A stretch of 44,027 nucleotides of DNA from Myxococcota bacterium (GTDB taxonomy: Bacteria > Myxococcota_A > UBA796 > GCA-2862545): the NCBI GenBank assembly GCA_039208735.1, contig JBCCQY010000066.1, forward strand, positions 1 through 44,027, written 5' to 3'. The notes below the pieces were generated by a model that worked only from the letters and a program-made list of their open reading frames with translations, did no database searches and was not told the origin of the DNA. This document shows positions 1 to 8,598 of this stretch, one piece after another. Numbering within the stretch: position 1 is the stretch's first letter; each line of letters begins with the position of its first letter. The position numbers and the translations under genes were made by a program.

Positions 1-283
1 CAGCGGTGATCAGCGCTGGGCTTCGTCACAGAACCAAGGTGCCAAGCCATTTGTTCATTTGTTCCTGCAGCCCGACGCGCTTCAGGCTTCGTCGCCTGCG
101 GCTCCTGCAGCCTGATCAGCTTGCAGGAGCGAAGCGACGAAAGCTGACCGCGTGAGCCTGCAGGCGCGTAGCGCCGAAGGCCAGCGGTGATCAGCGCTGG
201 GCTTCGTACAGAACCAAGGTGCCAGGCGATTTGTTCATTTGTTCCTGCAGCCCGACGCGTAGCGCCGAAGGCTAGCGGTGATG
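1..283. repeat. Structured REP/BIME-like intergenic repeat: ~79-bp direct repeat (1-79, 182-259), ~27-bp repeat (165-191, 256-282) and a nested palindrome (82-146)
   Basis: The two ~79-bp copies differ by one indel and two substitutions. CGCGTAGCGCCGAAGGCYAGCGGTGAT occurs twice. Arms TTCGTCGC/GCGACGAA and GCTCCTGCA/TGCAGGAGC surround CTGATCAG. Confidence 0.8.
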
Positions 284-369
284 ACACACGGCGTTTCACC
301 GCATTTCCATAGGTGGAAGCCAGGCGATCGCCGTTAGGTACTCCCAAGCTCGATGCGGGAGGTTCCGCC

Positions 370-1221
370 ATGTCCGGTTTGCTCTCTGGACTTCAGCATT
401 CGGTTCGGGTGGCGTTGCGGCCCTCGGGCTTTCGTCCGCGACCGCCCGACATTTCCCGGGTGCGTTACCGGAAACGCTTCTTTGGGGTGGCGCCGCTCAT
501 CGACGTCTACTTGCCGAAGGGCCCGGTCCCCGCAGAAGGTGCACCGTCTGTATTGCTTCTGCATGGGGGGGCGTTCCTGGTGGGCTCGCGCCGTCAGCGT
601 TCGGTGCGATTCGCAGCGTCTTACCTAGCACAGAGAGGCATCGCCGTCGCCGCCGCCGACTACCGCTTGTTGTTTCGCGGAGGACCGCTTGCCGCACAGC
701 TCGAGGATGTGGCGGTGCTTCGTCGATTCTGGTTGAGTCAAGCCAAGACCTGGCACCTCGATCCTTCGCGGCTGGGCATCGTTGGGTTTTCCGCAGGTGG
801 GGCCCTCGCCTTGCTCGACGCGGCCCAGCCCGAAGCCCATTACCAGCGAGTGGTAAGTGTTTACGGGGTGTATGAGTTCGCGTCGCTCGCTGGCCCGGGG
901 ACCCGGTTGTGGCGAACCGCGCTGCTGGGGAGCTGGCGTCCCCGGGCATGGGCGGAAGCCTCTCCGGCCGCCGTGGCCACCGCCATCGATGCGCCGGTGT
1001 TGTTGCTCCATGGCACCGAGGATGCACTGGTGCCCTATGTCCAGGCCCAGCGTTTGGCTGCGGCGCGGGAGGCGGCCGGATGCTCCACCACCCTACGCAC
1101 TTTCGAAGGCATGCGGCATGGCTGGATGCAGGACCCTTCGGACCCCGCATCGGCGAGCGCCATGGACGACATCGGTGCGTTCTTGACGGGCTATGAAAAG
1201 AGCCCCGTGTCATCATCGTAG
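370..1221 (+). CDS. Alpha/beta hydrolase (HSL-like esterase/lipase)
   Basis: HGGAF oxyanion motif, GFSAGG nucleophile elbow, HGTEDALVP and GMRHGW. ATG at 370 follows GGGAGG (ORF open from 313). Confidence 0.9.
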   Translation: MSGLLSGLQHSVRVALRPSGFRPRPPDISRVRYRKRFFGVAPLIDVYLPKGPVPAEGAPSVLLLHGGAFLVGSRRQRSVRFAASYLAQRGIAVAAADYRLLFRGGPLAAQLEDVAVLRRFWLSQAKTWHLDPSRLGIVGFSAGGALALLDAAQPEAHYQRVVSVYGVYEFASLAGPGTRLWRTALLGSWRPRAWAEASPAAVATAIDAPVLLLHGTEDALVPYVQAQRLAAAREAAGCSTTLRTFEGMRHGWMQDPSDPASASAMDDIGAFLTGYEKSPVSSS

Positions 1222-1433
1222 AGGGAGCGAAGCTCGTCACGAGTGAGTGGTCCACCACCGTCCGCACGTCCCTCGTAGCCGCACGCGTGGCAGATTCGTT
1301 TGTCTCCGTGTTGATAGACCTCGATGCTGCCGCACGCAACGCAGTTTCCATCATCATCTTTCGTGGAGGCAAACGCCGCCTCGGTTCGAAACAACTGGAC
1401 GACGATACGCACAACATCAAACCAACCAAACAT
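1191..1433 (-). CDS. Small zinc-ribbon protein (80 aa)
   Basis: CVAC...CHAC cysteine pairs; strong SD GGGAGGAG upstream of ATG; 3' end overlaps the esterase convergently. Confidence 0.65.
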   Translation of the reverse strand: MFGWFDVVRIVVQLFRTEAAFASTKDDDGNCVACGSIEVYQHGDKRICHACGYEGRADGGGPLTRDELRSLYDDDTGLFS

Positions 1434-1516
1434 CTTCTCCTCCCGCGCGCAGCCGTTTTACCGGATTTGCGTCACGATGGAGCGGGAGCGGGGTTGGCTT
1501 GGTCTAAGGGTTGGCT

Positions 1517-3328
1517 TTAGAAGCCATCATCAGGCATTGTCAACGCGGTATCGTCGAGGTTCCTCAGCAGGGTTGCGGCTCGTTCGATCCTCGGAAGTTC
1601 GTACCGGATGAAGAACTGCGCCGCGTGTCGCTTGCCCTCATAGAAACCGCGATCTGCCTCACTTGCCTGGGGAAGCTTCGCGGTGGCGGCAGCGGCCTGT
1701 TCGAGCCACATCCATCCCACCACCACGTGGCCCAGCATTCCAAGGTACTCCGATGCATTGGCGAGAAATCGCCTGATTTGGCCTTGCATTGCGGCTGCAC
1801 CCAGCGCCATCGTGGTTTCCGTCACGGTCTGGATGGCCGCTTCGAGGGCCTTGCAGATCTCTTCGAGTTCCGGGGTTGCGCGGTGCCGGGCCACCGAACC
1901 TTGAATCTCTGCCAACAGGGCGCGGAATGCTCGGCCTTGGTGCATCGTGACTTTCCGACCCAGTAGGTCGAGGCCTTGGATGCCGTTGGTACCCTCGTGA
2001 ATGGGGTTGAGGCGGTTGTCCCGGTAGTACCGCTCGACTGGCCAGTCGCGGGTGTAGCCGGCCCCGCCGAGCACCTGGATGGCCAGATCGTTGGCGCGCG
2101 GACCATGCTCTGAAGGCCAGGCCTTCGCGATGGGGGTCAAGATCTGGAGGAGGTCGTCGATGCGCTCGCGCGCTGCCTCGTCGGTGGTCGTTTCGAGTTC
2201 GTCGATGAGCTTTGCGCAATACATCCCAAGCCCGAGGCCGCCTTCCACGTAGACCTTTTGCATGAGCAGCATGCGCCTTACGTCGGCATGCTCGACGATG
2301 GGCACGGGGGGCGTGGTGGGATCACGTTCGTCGGGATGACGGCCTTGTTGTCGGTCTCGCGCGTAGGCTAGCGAAACGCGGTAGCCGGCGTACCCAATCA
2401 TCGTCGCGCCCAGGCCCACCGCGGTGCGGGCCTCGTTCATCATGTGGAACATGTAGCGTAGCCCGTGGTGAGGCTTGCCAACGAGCGTGCCCACCGCGGG
2501 GCCATCCGCTCCAAACGAAAGGGCGGTGTTGACGGTGCCGCGGTACCCCATCTTGTGGTTGAGGCCGGTCAGTGTGATGCCGTTGAGATCGCCTGTCGAG
2601 CCGTCCGTTTGCATGTGACGGCGTGGCACGACGAACAGGCTGATTCCACCGACGCCTGGAGGAGCGTCCACGATGCGCGCGAGCACGAGGTGAACAATGT
2701 TCTCCGAGAGTTCATGCTCCCCCGCCGAGATCCACATCTTGTCGCCGATGATGTGGAACGTCCCGTCGTCTTGGGGCACCGCCCGGGTGCGCAGGTCGGC
2801 GAGCGACGACCCGGCCTCGGGTTCGGAAAGCACCATCGTGCCGAAGAATCGGCCTTCGAGCATTGGTTCGAGGTACATCGCCTTTTGATCGTCGCTTCCG
2901 TAGGCGCGCAGCAGGTTGGCTGCGGCAGCGGTGAGCAACGGGTAGGCCGACGCACCTGGATTGGCTGCGAAAAAGGCTGAATTCATCGCCTGCGCGATCG
3001 TGTATGGAAGTCCGAGTCCCCCGTCCGTTTCCGGAAACGGTGCGGCCAAGTAGCCGCCTTCGACGTAGGCTTGGACGACGCGGCTTAGCACTTGGGGCAG
3101 CACCACCCGGCCATTGTCGAACGTCGGCTCCTGGGCATCGAGCTCGGCTGCACAAGGAGCGAACTGCTCTTTGGCCAATTGAATGGCGGCTTCGAGCAAG
3201 GCATCGAAATCGGAGCGCGCATGTCCCTCAAACGCCGGACGGGTGCACAGGGCTTCGATGTCCAGGACCTCGTAGAGCACGAACGACAGGTCGCGGGCCA
3301 GGGTCTCGAACACGACATCGTGATTCAC
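1517..3328 (-). CDS. Acyl-CoA dehydrogenase (long ~600-aa DmdC/FadE-like type)
   Basis: GTMVLSEPEAGSSL, GDKMWISAG, HKMGYRG, MFHMMNEAR, QVLGGAGY, IHEGTNGIQGLDLLGRK; SD GAGGAGG. Confidence 0.95.
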   Translation of the reverse strand: MNHDVVFETLARDLSFVLYEVLDIEALCTRPAFEGHARSDFDALLEAAIQLAKEQFAPCAAELDAQEPTFDNGRVVLPQVLSRVVQAYVEGGYLAAPFPETDGGLGLPYTIAQAMNSAFFAANPGASAYPLLTAAAANLLRAYGSDDQKAMYLEPMLEGRFFGTMVLSEPEAGSSLADLRTRAVPQDDGTFHIIGDKMWISAGEHELSENIVHLVLARIVDAPPGVGGISLFVVPRRHMQTDGSTGDLNGITLTGLNHKMGYRGTVNTALSFGADGPAVGTLVGKPHHGLRYMFHMMNEARTAVGLGATMIGYAGYRVSLAYARDRQQGRHPDERDPTTPPVPIVEHADVRRMLLMQKVYVEGGLGLGMYCAKLIDELETTTDEAARERIDDLLQILTPIAKAWPSEHGPRANDLAIQVLGGAGYTRDWPVERYYRDNRLNPIHEGTNGIQGLDLLGRKVTMHQGRAFRALLAEIQGSVARHRATPELEEICKALEAAIQTVTETTMALGAAAMQGQIRRFLANASEYLGMLGHVVVGWMWLEQAAAATAKLPQASEADRGFYEGKRHAAQFFIRYELPRIERAATLLRNLDDTALTMPDDGF

Positions 3329-3372
3329 ACAGCCTCCTCGGGAAGGCCATTATGGCACCCGCCAACCGTCGT

Positions 3373-3474
3373 TCATCGGGCCATTCGATCCACCCACACC
3401 AACAGGGCCATCGCGCCCATGAACACCAGTCCGTTGAGCAGCATGAAGACCCATGCCGGGGCCACTCCGAACAT
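3373..3474 (-). CDS. Putative 33-aa single-TM small protein (MFGVAPAWVFMLLNGLVFMGAMALLVWVDRMAR)
   Basis: Hand-translated, below the ORF-track cutoff. GGGAGG lies 5 nt upstream of ATG; hydrophobic core with a basic C-terminus; fills the gap between co-oriented genes. Confidence 0.5.
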   Translation of the reverse strand: MFGVAPAWVFMLLNGLVFMGAMALLVWVDRMAR

Positions 3475-3548
3475 GCGCACCTCCCGTGCATGACGTGACC
3501 CGTCCAGATGAACTGGCCGTGCCTGGAGGTGAATTTGCGATGAATCGC

Positions 3549-4148
3549 CTAAGGCGTAGCCTCGACGGTGGGCGGTGGATCCGGAAAGAAGGTCAGGACG
3601 AGCTTGGTGGACTGGGCGTCGAGGATGGCGGACCCATTGGGTCCTTCGGGGTCGTAGAGGCTGAGCACCTCAAGGTCGAGCGGTTCGCCCTCGGTCCGGT
3701 ACGCAAACGCCGTGCTCGCGTGGGCAAGCGTGAACGTCGTTGCATACAACGATGCCGAGGCGTCGACGTCTCCTTGTCTCCCCAATGCGATGACGGCCCG
3801 CCCGGGGTCGACGATCTGAATGGTCGAGTGAAGCTGGGCCAGCAACACGCCGGGGCCTGAAGGCGCGTACGGCACCTCAGCAAACACCTCGAAGTCGTCG
3901 CTTTCGTCATCGAGAAACAGGTAGTCGCTCAATTCCCAGGCCACAACGGACACCTCGGGCTGCGTCGTCCGAAGGGCGGCAAGTTCGCCCTCGACCTTCG
4001 CCATCTGGTCGATGAGGGGAAGGAGCGTGTCGACCGTCTCCTGGACACTGGCGACATCGGCCTCGAGTTGGTCCAGCCGATCGTCGATCTCGAGCGGATC
4101 ACAGGCGGTCAGCACCACAGCGAAGAAGGGAAACCATCGTAGCTTCAA
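3549..4148 (-). CDS. Hypothetical lipoprotein with N-terminal coiled coil
   Basis: MKLRWFPFFAVVLTAC lipobox; heptad-like IDDRLDQLEADVASVQETV; GGAGG upstream of TTG start. Confidence 0.75.
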   Translation of the reverse strand: MKLRWFPFFAVVLTACDPLEIDDRLDQLEADVASVQETVDTLLPLIDQMAKVEGELAALRTTQPEVSVVAWELSDYLFLDDESDDFEVFAEVPYAPSGPGVLLAQLHSTIQIVDPGRAVIALGRQGDVDASASLYATTFTLAHASTAFAYRTEGEPLDLEVLSLYDPEGPNGSAILDAQSTKLVLTFFPDPPPTVEATP

Positions 4149-4171
4149 GGGACCTCCATGAGATCGACCAG

Positions 4172-4822
4172 CTATTGGCTCGATGCTCGGGTCCCTTGGG
4201 GTTGGCTTGGGGAAGGTTTGCGCGATTCGAGCAGCGCATCCATCTGGTGCCGCACAGACTCTCGAAGGGCCACCATTAACCGTTCCCCTTCGTCAGGCTC
4301 GATCGCGATGGCCAGCCGTGCCGCCGAGCCCGCGAGATGAGCGAACAGGAGTAGCGCCGAGTGCATCCGTTCTTGGTTCTGGGGAGCGACGAGGTGACCG
4401 ATGCCCTCGGCCAAGATTTGGGCGTTTGCTCGACTATCTTCCACATCGAGTTGTTGAAGTTCCTTGTCGGACTGGGTGGCGGCCCAGATGTCGCGCTTGC
4501 CAGGGTCGGACTTGAACGCTTCGAAGTAGCCTTGGAGCACCGCATCGATGCGCTCGACGGCTTCCGCTTTCGTGCCAATGTTGGCCATGGCGACCCGAAG
4601 CATGTCGCGGACCTCCGCCATCAGGTTCAATGCGAGTTCACGAAGAATGGCCTGCTTGTCAGGAAAGTATTGGTAGACCGACCCGATGGGGACGTTGGCC
4701 CGCGTGGCGACTTCGCTCATTTTCAATTGGTCGCTACCATGCTCCACCACCAACGCATGGGCCGCCTGAAGAATCGCTTCGACGCGTCGCCGAGAGCGCT
4801 CCTGGCGTGGCACCCGCCGCAT
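4172..4822 (-). CDS. TetR/AcrR family transcriptional regulator
   Basis: PRQERSRRRVEAILQAA...MSEVATRANVPIGSVYQYFPDK HTH; start reassigned to ATG 4822 after GGAGGG. Confidence 0.92.
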   Translation of the reverse strand: MRRVPRQERSRRRVEAILQAAHALVVEHGSDQLKMSEVATRANVPIGSVYQYFPDKQAILRELALNLMAEVRDMLRVAMANIGTKAEAVERIDAVLQGYFEAFKSDPGKRDIWAATQSDKELQQLDVEDSRANAQILAEGIGHLVAPQNQERMHSALLLFAHLAGSAARLAIAIEPDEGERLMVALRESVRHQMDALLESRKPSPSQPQGTRASSQ

Positions 4823-4962
4823 ATGGCCCTCCGAGTCTCTCAAACCTGCTCCTTCATCGGACGTCTCCGCCGCGCTCAGTAGCGCGCCCCACGTAGATCG
4901 TCGGCCATGAGACCGGCGCCGCCTGCGCGACATCGTCCATGCTCGTGACGAGGAAGCCTCCG

Positions 4963-5667
4963 CTATCTTGACGCTGGATCCTCCTCGAGTATGCCCACGA
5001 GCGGCTGCAAGGATCCTGGCTCGCTGTTCAGCAACCCCCACAGCATGATGCGCGAGAAGTTGTCGATCGTCGTCCCGAAGTCCACGCGCACGCCAGCTAC
5101 ATCGATCTGCGCCTTGGCATCGGCGATGATTTTTGGGGGATGGGCCACGCTCCAGATCTGCCCGAGCACCAGGTTTGTGTAGCGGACAAACAAGGCGACT
5201 TGGTCCAAGCTCAAGGACGGAATGATGTCGGCCACCACGAACTCGGTCCGCTGCCGTAGCTCTGCAGAACGCCGCTTGAAGTCGACAATGGATTCGAGTC
5301 CGACGTTCTGCTCGAGAACCGACCGGGTGATTGCCGCCAGGGCGCCGAGGCGTGGTCTCGCGAGCAGGCTGACTCGAATCAAGTCGACGAGGGCATCGAC
5401 ATCATCAACGCCACTTAGGGCCTCCCTTGCATCCTCGAACTGGAGGACCCATCCTTCGTGCTCACGGAGCAGTAGCTCGATGAGAATGGCCTCGCGGCTC
5501 GGGAAGTAGCGGTAGAGGTTGCTTGCGGCGAGCCCGGCTTGTTGGGCAATCGCCGTGAGGGTCGCACCCGCGAGCCCGCCGGCGTCAAAGCAATGGCCCG
5601 CCGCTTCGAGGATCGACTCTCGCCGCTCGGCCTTCTGCTCGGGCCTTCGCGCCCGCTCCCACACCAT
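4963..5667 (-). CDS. TetR/AcrR family transcriptional regulator
   Basis: RARRPEQKAERRESILEAA...LTAIAQQAGLAASNLYRYFPSREAI HTH; divergent from the 5765-8456 operon. Confidence 0.92.
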   Translation of the reverse strand: MVWERARRPEQKAERRESILEAAGHCFDAGGLAGATLTAIAQQAGLAASNLYRYFPSREAILIELLLREHEGWVLQFEDAREALSGVDDVDALVDLIRVSLLARPRLGALAAITRSVLEQNVGLESIVDFKRRSAELRQRTEFVVADIIPSLSLDQVALFVRYTNLVLGQIWSVAHPPKIIADAKAQIDVAGVRVDFGTTIDNFSRIMLWGLLNSEPGSLQPLVGILEEDPASR

Positions 5668-5710
5668 CTCAAGCTCCCGGCCTGCCTTCACCCCTATCCA
5701 TCGAATCGGG

Positions 5711-5774
5711 TTGACACGCCAGCCGTCTGGCTTTAGAAGAAGCGCATTCTCTTAATAAGAGAAGATGATTCTTT
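5711..5774 (+). promoter_or_regulatory. Sigma70-like promoter with a probable TetR operator
   Basis: TTGACA(5711)-N17-TAGAAG(5734); perfect inverted repeat TTCTCTTA-A-TAAGAGAA at 5747-5763 in an AT-rich patch between the TetR and the divergent operon. Confidence 0.6.
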
Positions 5775-6754
5775 TGCTTCTCCATCACAGCGGAATCCAG
5801 ATGTGCCTGACCAACCTCAACGGTGCGCCGCGCCTGCTCATGCTGTGTTTCGGGCTGCTGTTGGCGGTCATGGTGCCGGCTCGGTCGGGGGCGGCCGACC
5901 AAGAGCTGTTCGCCATTCAGGGGGACGTCGCGCTTCCCGTGAACTACCGAACGCCCGCGCCTGTGCGCGTTCAAGTCGGGACCGCGTCCGTGCGCGGTGC
6001 GGTTCCCCTGCCGGTCGGGGACCACGGGCAGCTGGTCCCCGCGTTCAGCTATCGCCTACAGCTTGCGCCGTACGTCCAACCCACGGAGGTTCCAGCGCTT
6101 CCACCGGTGCACTGGCCGGAGGTCTCACTTACCGGGTTGCGCTGGTGGCCGTCGGGCTGGCAGGTCTACGGGCAGGTGAGCGCGGCAATGGCCGGTGATC
6201 TGACGGCCATCGATGCCGGCGTCGTGCGTCTGGCAGGTTTGCTCACGCTCCGCCGCCGCCTGTCCGAGCGCCTGACGCTCGGCGCAGGCGCAACGCTGAC
6301 TTGGGCCTTTGGCCAGCTCGCACCCATTCCGCTGCTCACGCTCGACTGGAACCCATCGGACGCGGTGGAGCTGCAAGTCGTGCTGCCCGTGCGGTTGACG
6401 CTCACCCACACCTGGCACCGTCGCACGCGCGTGGGCATGCGAGCTGGGTTTGTCGGCAATGCCTTCGCGATTCGCGACGACACCGTGCTCGACACCTTCT
6501 GCCCAACCGATGCGGCGGCGGGCGCCTGTCTCGAGCGCATTGCGTATTCAGCGGGCAACGCCACCTTGATGGTCGGCCAACGCGTCTTGCGCACGGCCGA
6601 AGACAATGGAGGGCTCTGGCTCGAGCTGCATGGCGGGGTCAGCTTCCTGCGTCGCTTCGAGCTGTTGTCGGTGGCCGAAACCCCGCTCGAGGGGGCAGAC
6701 ACGCGACTGCCCGGCTCCGCGTTCGCCAGCTTCGGCATCCGGTACCTCAAATGA
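5765..6754 (+). CDS. Outer-membrane beta-barrel protein (DUF6268-like)
   Basis: Signal peptide, alternating amphipathic strands, PIPLLTLDW...LPV pattern and C-terminal FGIRY. True start may be 5801 or 5840. Confidence 0.7.
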   Translation: MILLLLHHSGIQMCLTNLNGAPRLLMLCFGLLLAVMVPARSGAADQELFAIQGDVALPVNYRTPAPVRVQVGTASVRGAVPLPVGDHGQLVPAFSYRLQLAPYVQPTEVPALPPVHWPEVSLTGLRWWPSGWQVYGQVSAAMAGDLTAIDAGVVRLAGLLTLRRRLSERLTLGAGATLTWAFGQLAPIPLLTLDWNPSDAVELQVVLPVRLTLTHTWHRRTRVGMRAGFVGNAFAIRDDTVLDTFCPTDAAAGACLERIAYSAGNATLMVGQRVLRTAEDNGGLWLELHGGVSFLRRFELLSVAETPLEGADTRLPGSAFASFGIRYLK

Positions 6755-6800
6755 CTGTGTGTTCCATCACCAAGCCGCTCCATCGGCTCAAGGAGACCCC

Positions 6801-7457
6801 ATGACCCTGAACCGCACTCGCGTGTTCCTCGGTGTGCTTGCATCCCTATTGCTTGTCTGGTCGGTATGGGCATTTGCGACACGGGCGTCCTACTCTGACA
6901 CCTTTCGCGACGGTGACGTGAAGTGTCCGTTTCTCGCCATGGCTCCGCCCCCGCAGAGCAACCTGTGGAGCTTCGCTCGAGGAGCGCAGGCGAATGGCAT
7001 GGACCTAGGCATGGCGGTGTTCGTGGGCACACAGATCACCTACTACCAGAAGGGGCTCGCGGCGGTTCTCCGACTGGAGGCCCCGGATCTGCACCGTCTA
7101 GACCAGGTGCCGACCATTTCCCACGACGACCGCTACGCCGTCCACTTGCCGAAGCTTCGTGAGATGGCCGCGGAGATGGAGGTCGACGGGCGACTCACCC
7201 TGCAGCAGCTGGTGGAGATGAAGCTGTGGGTGGCCGAGCAAACGGGGGTTGCCAACCCGAGTGACCCCAGCCGGATTGAGACGGCACTCGCGTTCATCCG
7301 TGCGGGTGGGGACCAACAGACGTGGACCGTAGACACCGACGAGCTGTTCACCCTGCTGTCCGGCAAGCGGCCGACCGTCGACGCAGTGGTCACGCCAGGG
7401 GATTTGTCTCGGGTCCGGGAGCAAGCGAAATGGCCGCGATCTGCCGACGCCAACTGA
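6801..7457 (+). CDS. Membrane-anchored/secreted protein resembling heme-thiolate peroxygenases (UPO/chloroperoxidase-like)
   Basis: AAGGAG SD; N-terminal hydrophobic helix; sole Cys in GDVKCPFL, then DLHRLD..ISHD, RIETAL and LSGKRP. The CDS is solid; the function is inferred. Confidence 0.5.
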   Translation: MTLNRTRVFLGVLASLLLVWSVWAFATRASYSDTFRDGDVKCPFLAMAPPPQSNLWSFARGAQANGMDLGMAVFVGTQITYYQKGLAAVLRLEAPDLHRLDQVPTISHDDRYAVHLPKLREMAAEMEVDGRLTLQQLVEMKLWVAEQTGVANPSDPSRIETALAFIRAGGDQQTWTVDTDELFTLLSGKRPTVDAVVTPGDLSRVREQAKWPRSADAN

Positions 7458-7505
7458 CGCCGACGCCTTTGTTTAGATGACCCTCGAGTCGACAAGGAAG
7501 AAGAC

Positions 7506-8456
7506 ATGACCGCCGACCCTTCGATTCCCCAATCCGCAACCGAGGCCGTCGCTGGCAGGAACCTCAACGGCCAGATTTTCGTGGTGACCGGGGGGTACTC
7601 GGGGCTCGGAGCGGCCAGCAGCGAAGCGCTCCTGGGGGCTGGAGCCACGGTCGTGGTGGCGGGCCGCAATGCCAAGTCACAAGCCGACTTCGCTGCGGAC
7701 CTGCGCGCCAAGGGAATCGAATCCAGTTTGATCGATGCCGAGGCCACCCTCGACCTGGGAAGCTTGGCATCGGTCAGGGCGTTCGCCGACCACATCAAGG
7801 ACCGGTACGACACGGTCCATTGCTTGATGAACAACGCCGGCGTGATGAACACCCCGCCCAGCAAGACCCTGGATGGGTTCGAGGTCCAATTCGGCACCAA
7901 CGTCATCGGCCACTTCCTGTTGGCGAAGCTCCTCGCCCCTCGGACTCGGCGGCAGGTTTGGCTGTCGTCCTCGGGTCACACCCTCACCGCCGATCCGCCT
8001 GGCGACGTCTACAGCCTCGACAACGCCCCCCGGATCAATCTCGACATCATCGACAAGGTGGATGAGCGTACCTACGACAGTTGGCACCGCTACCAGCAGT
8101 CCAAGCTCGGCGACATCTTGCTGGCCAAGCAGTTTCCCCGGGAGTTCGAACACCTCACGGCATGCGCGGTTCATCCTGGTGTCGTTCGCACGAACTTGAG
8201 TCGTCACATGTCCATGATGACGATGCTCAGGTACGTCTGGCGCGCGATCACGGGCCGAGGAGCTCCGCTGCTCACGCCCGAACGCGGCGCACGCACGCAG
8301 ACGCTCTGCGCGGTCATGCCCGACGAGGCGTTGGAGAGTGGCGCATTCTACGCCGACGGCGGGGTCGCGCAGGAGGCGAACAGCGCCAAGAACATGGACG
8401 ACGCCAAGCGGCTCTACGACTACTGCGACCGGGTGACCAGAGCGTTCCAAGCGTAG
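7506..8456 (+). CDS. Short-chain dehydrogenase/reductase (retinol-DH/WWOX-like)
   Basis: VTGGYSGLG, LDLGSLASVRAFA, NNAGVM, FGTNVIGHF, YQQSK, VHPGVVRTNL. Confidence 0.93.
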   Translation: MTADPSIPQSATEAVAGRNLNGQIFVVTGGYSGLGAASSEALLGAGATVVVAGRNAKSQADFAADLRAKGIESSLIDAEATLDLGSLASVRAFADHIKDRYDTVHCLMNNAGVMNTPPSKTLDGFEVQFGTNVIGHFLLAKLLAPRTRRQVWLSSSGHTLTADPPGDVYSLDNAPRINLDIIDKVDERTYDSWHRYQQSKLGDILLAKQFPREFEHLTACAVHPGVVRTNLSRHMSMMTMLRYVWRAITGRGAPLLTPERGARTQTLCAVMPDEALESGAFYADGGVAQEANSAKNMDDAKRLYDYCDRVTRAFQA

Positions 8457-8598
8457 TCGACGCAGGGTGTTTCACGGTGCCTATCGGAGATGCCGGCCGC
8501 AACGACCTGCATCGCTGGGCCTCTTGACGATCAGAATGTGAGGCCTTATCAGCTTTCATAAGATGAGGAATGCTCACTTTATCGAAGAAGGAGGCTCC

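Noticed and set aside
1..283. CRISPR array
   Set aside because: Units are ~79 bp, there are only two copies, no unique spacers and no cas genes.
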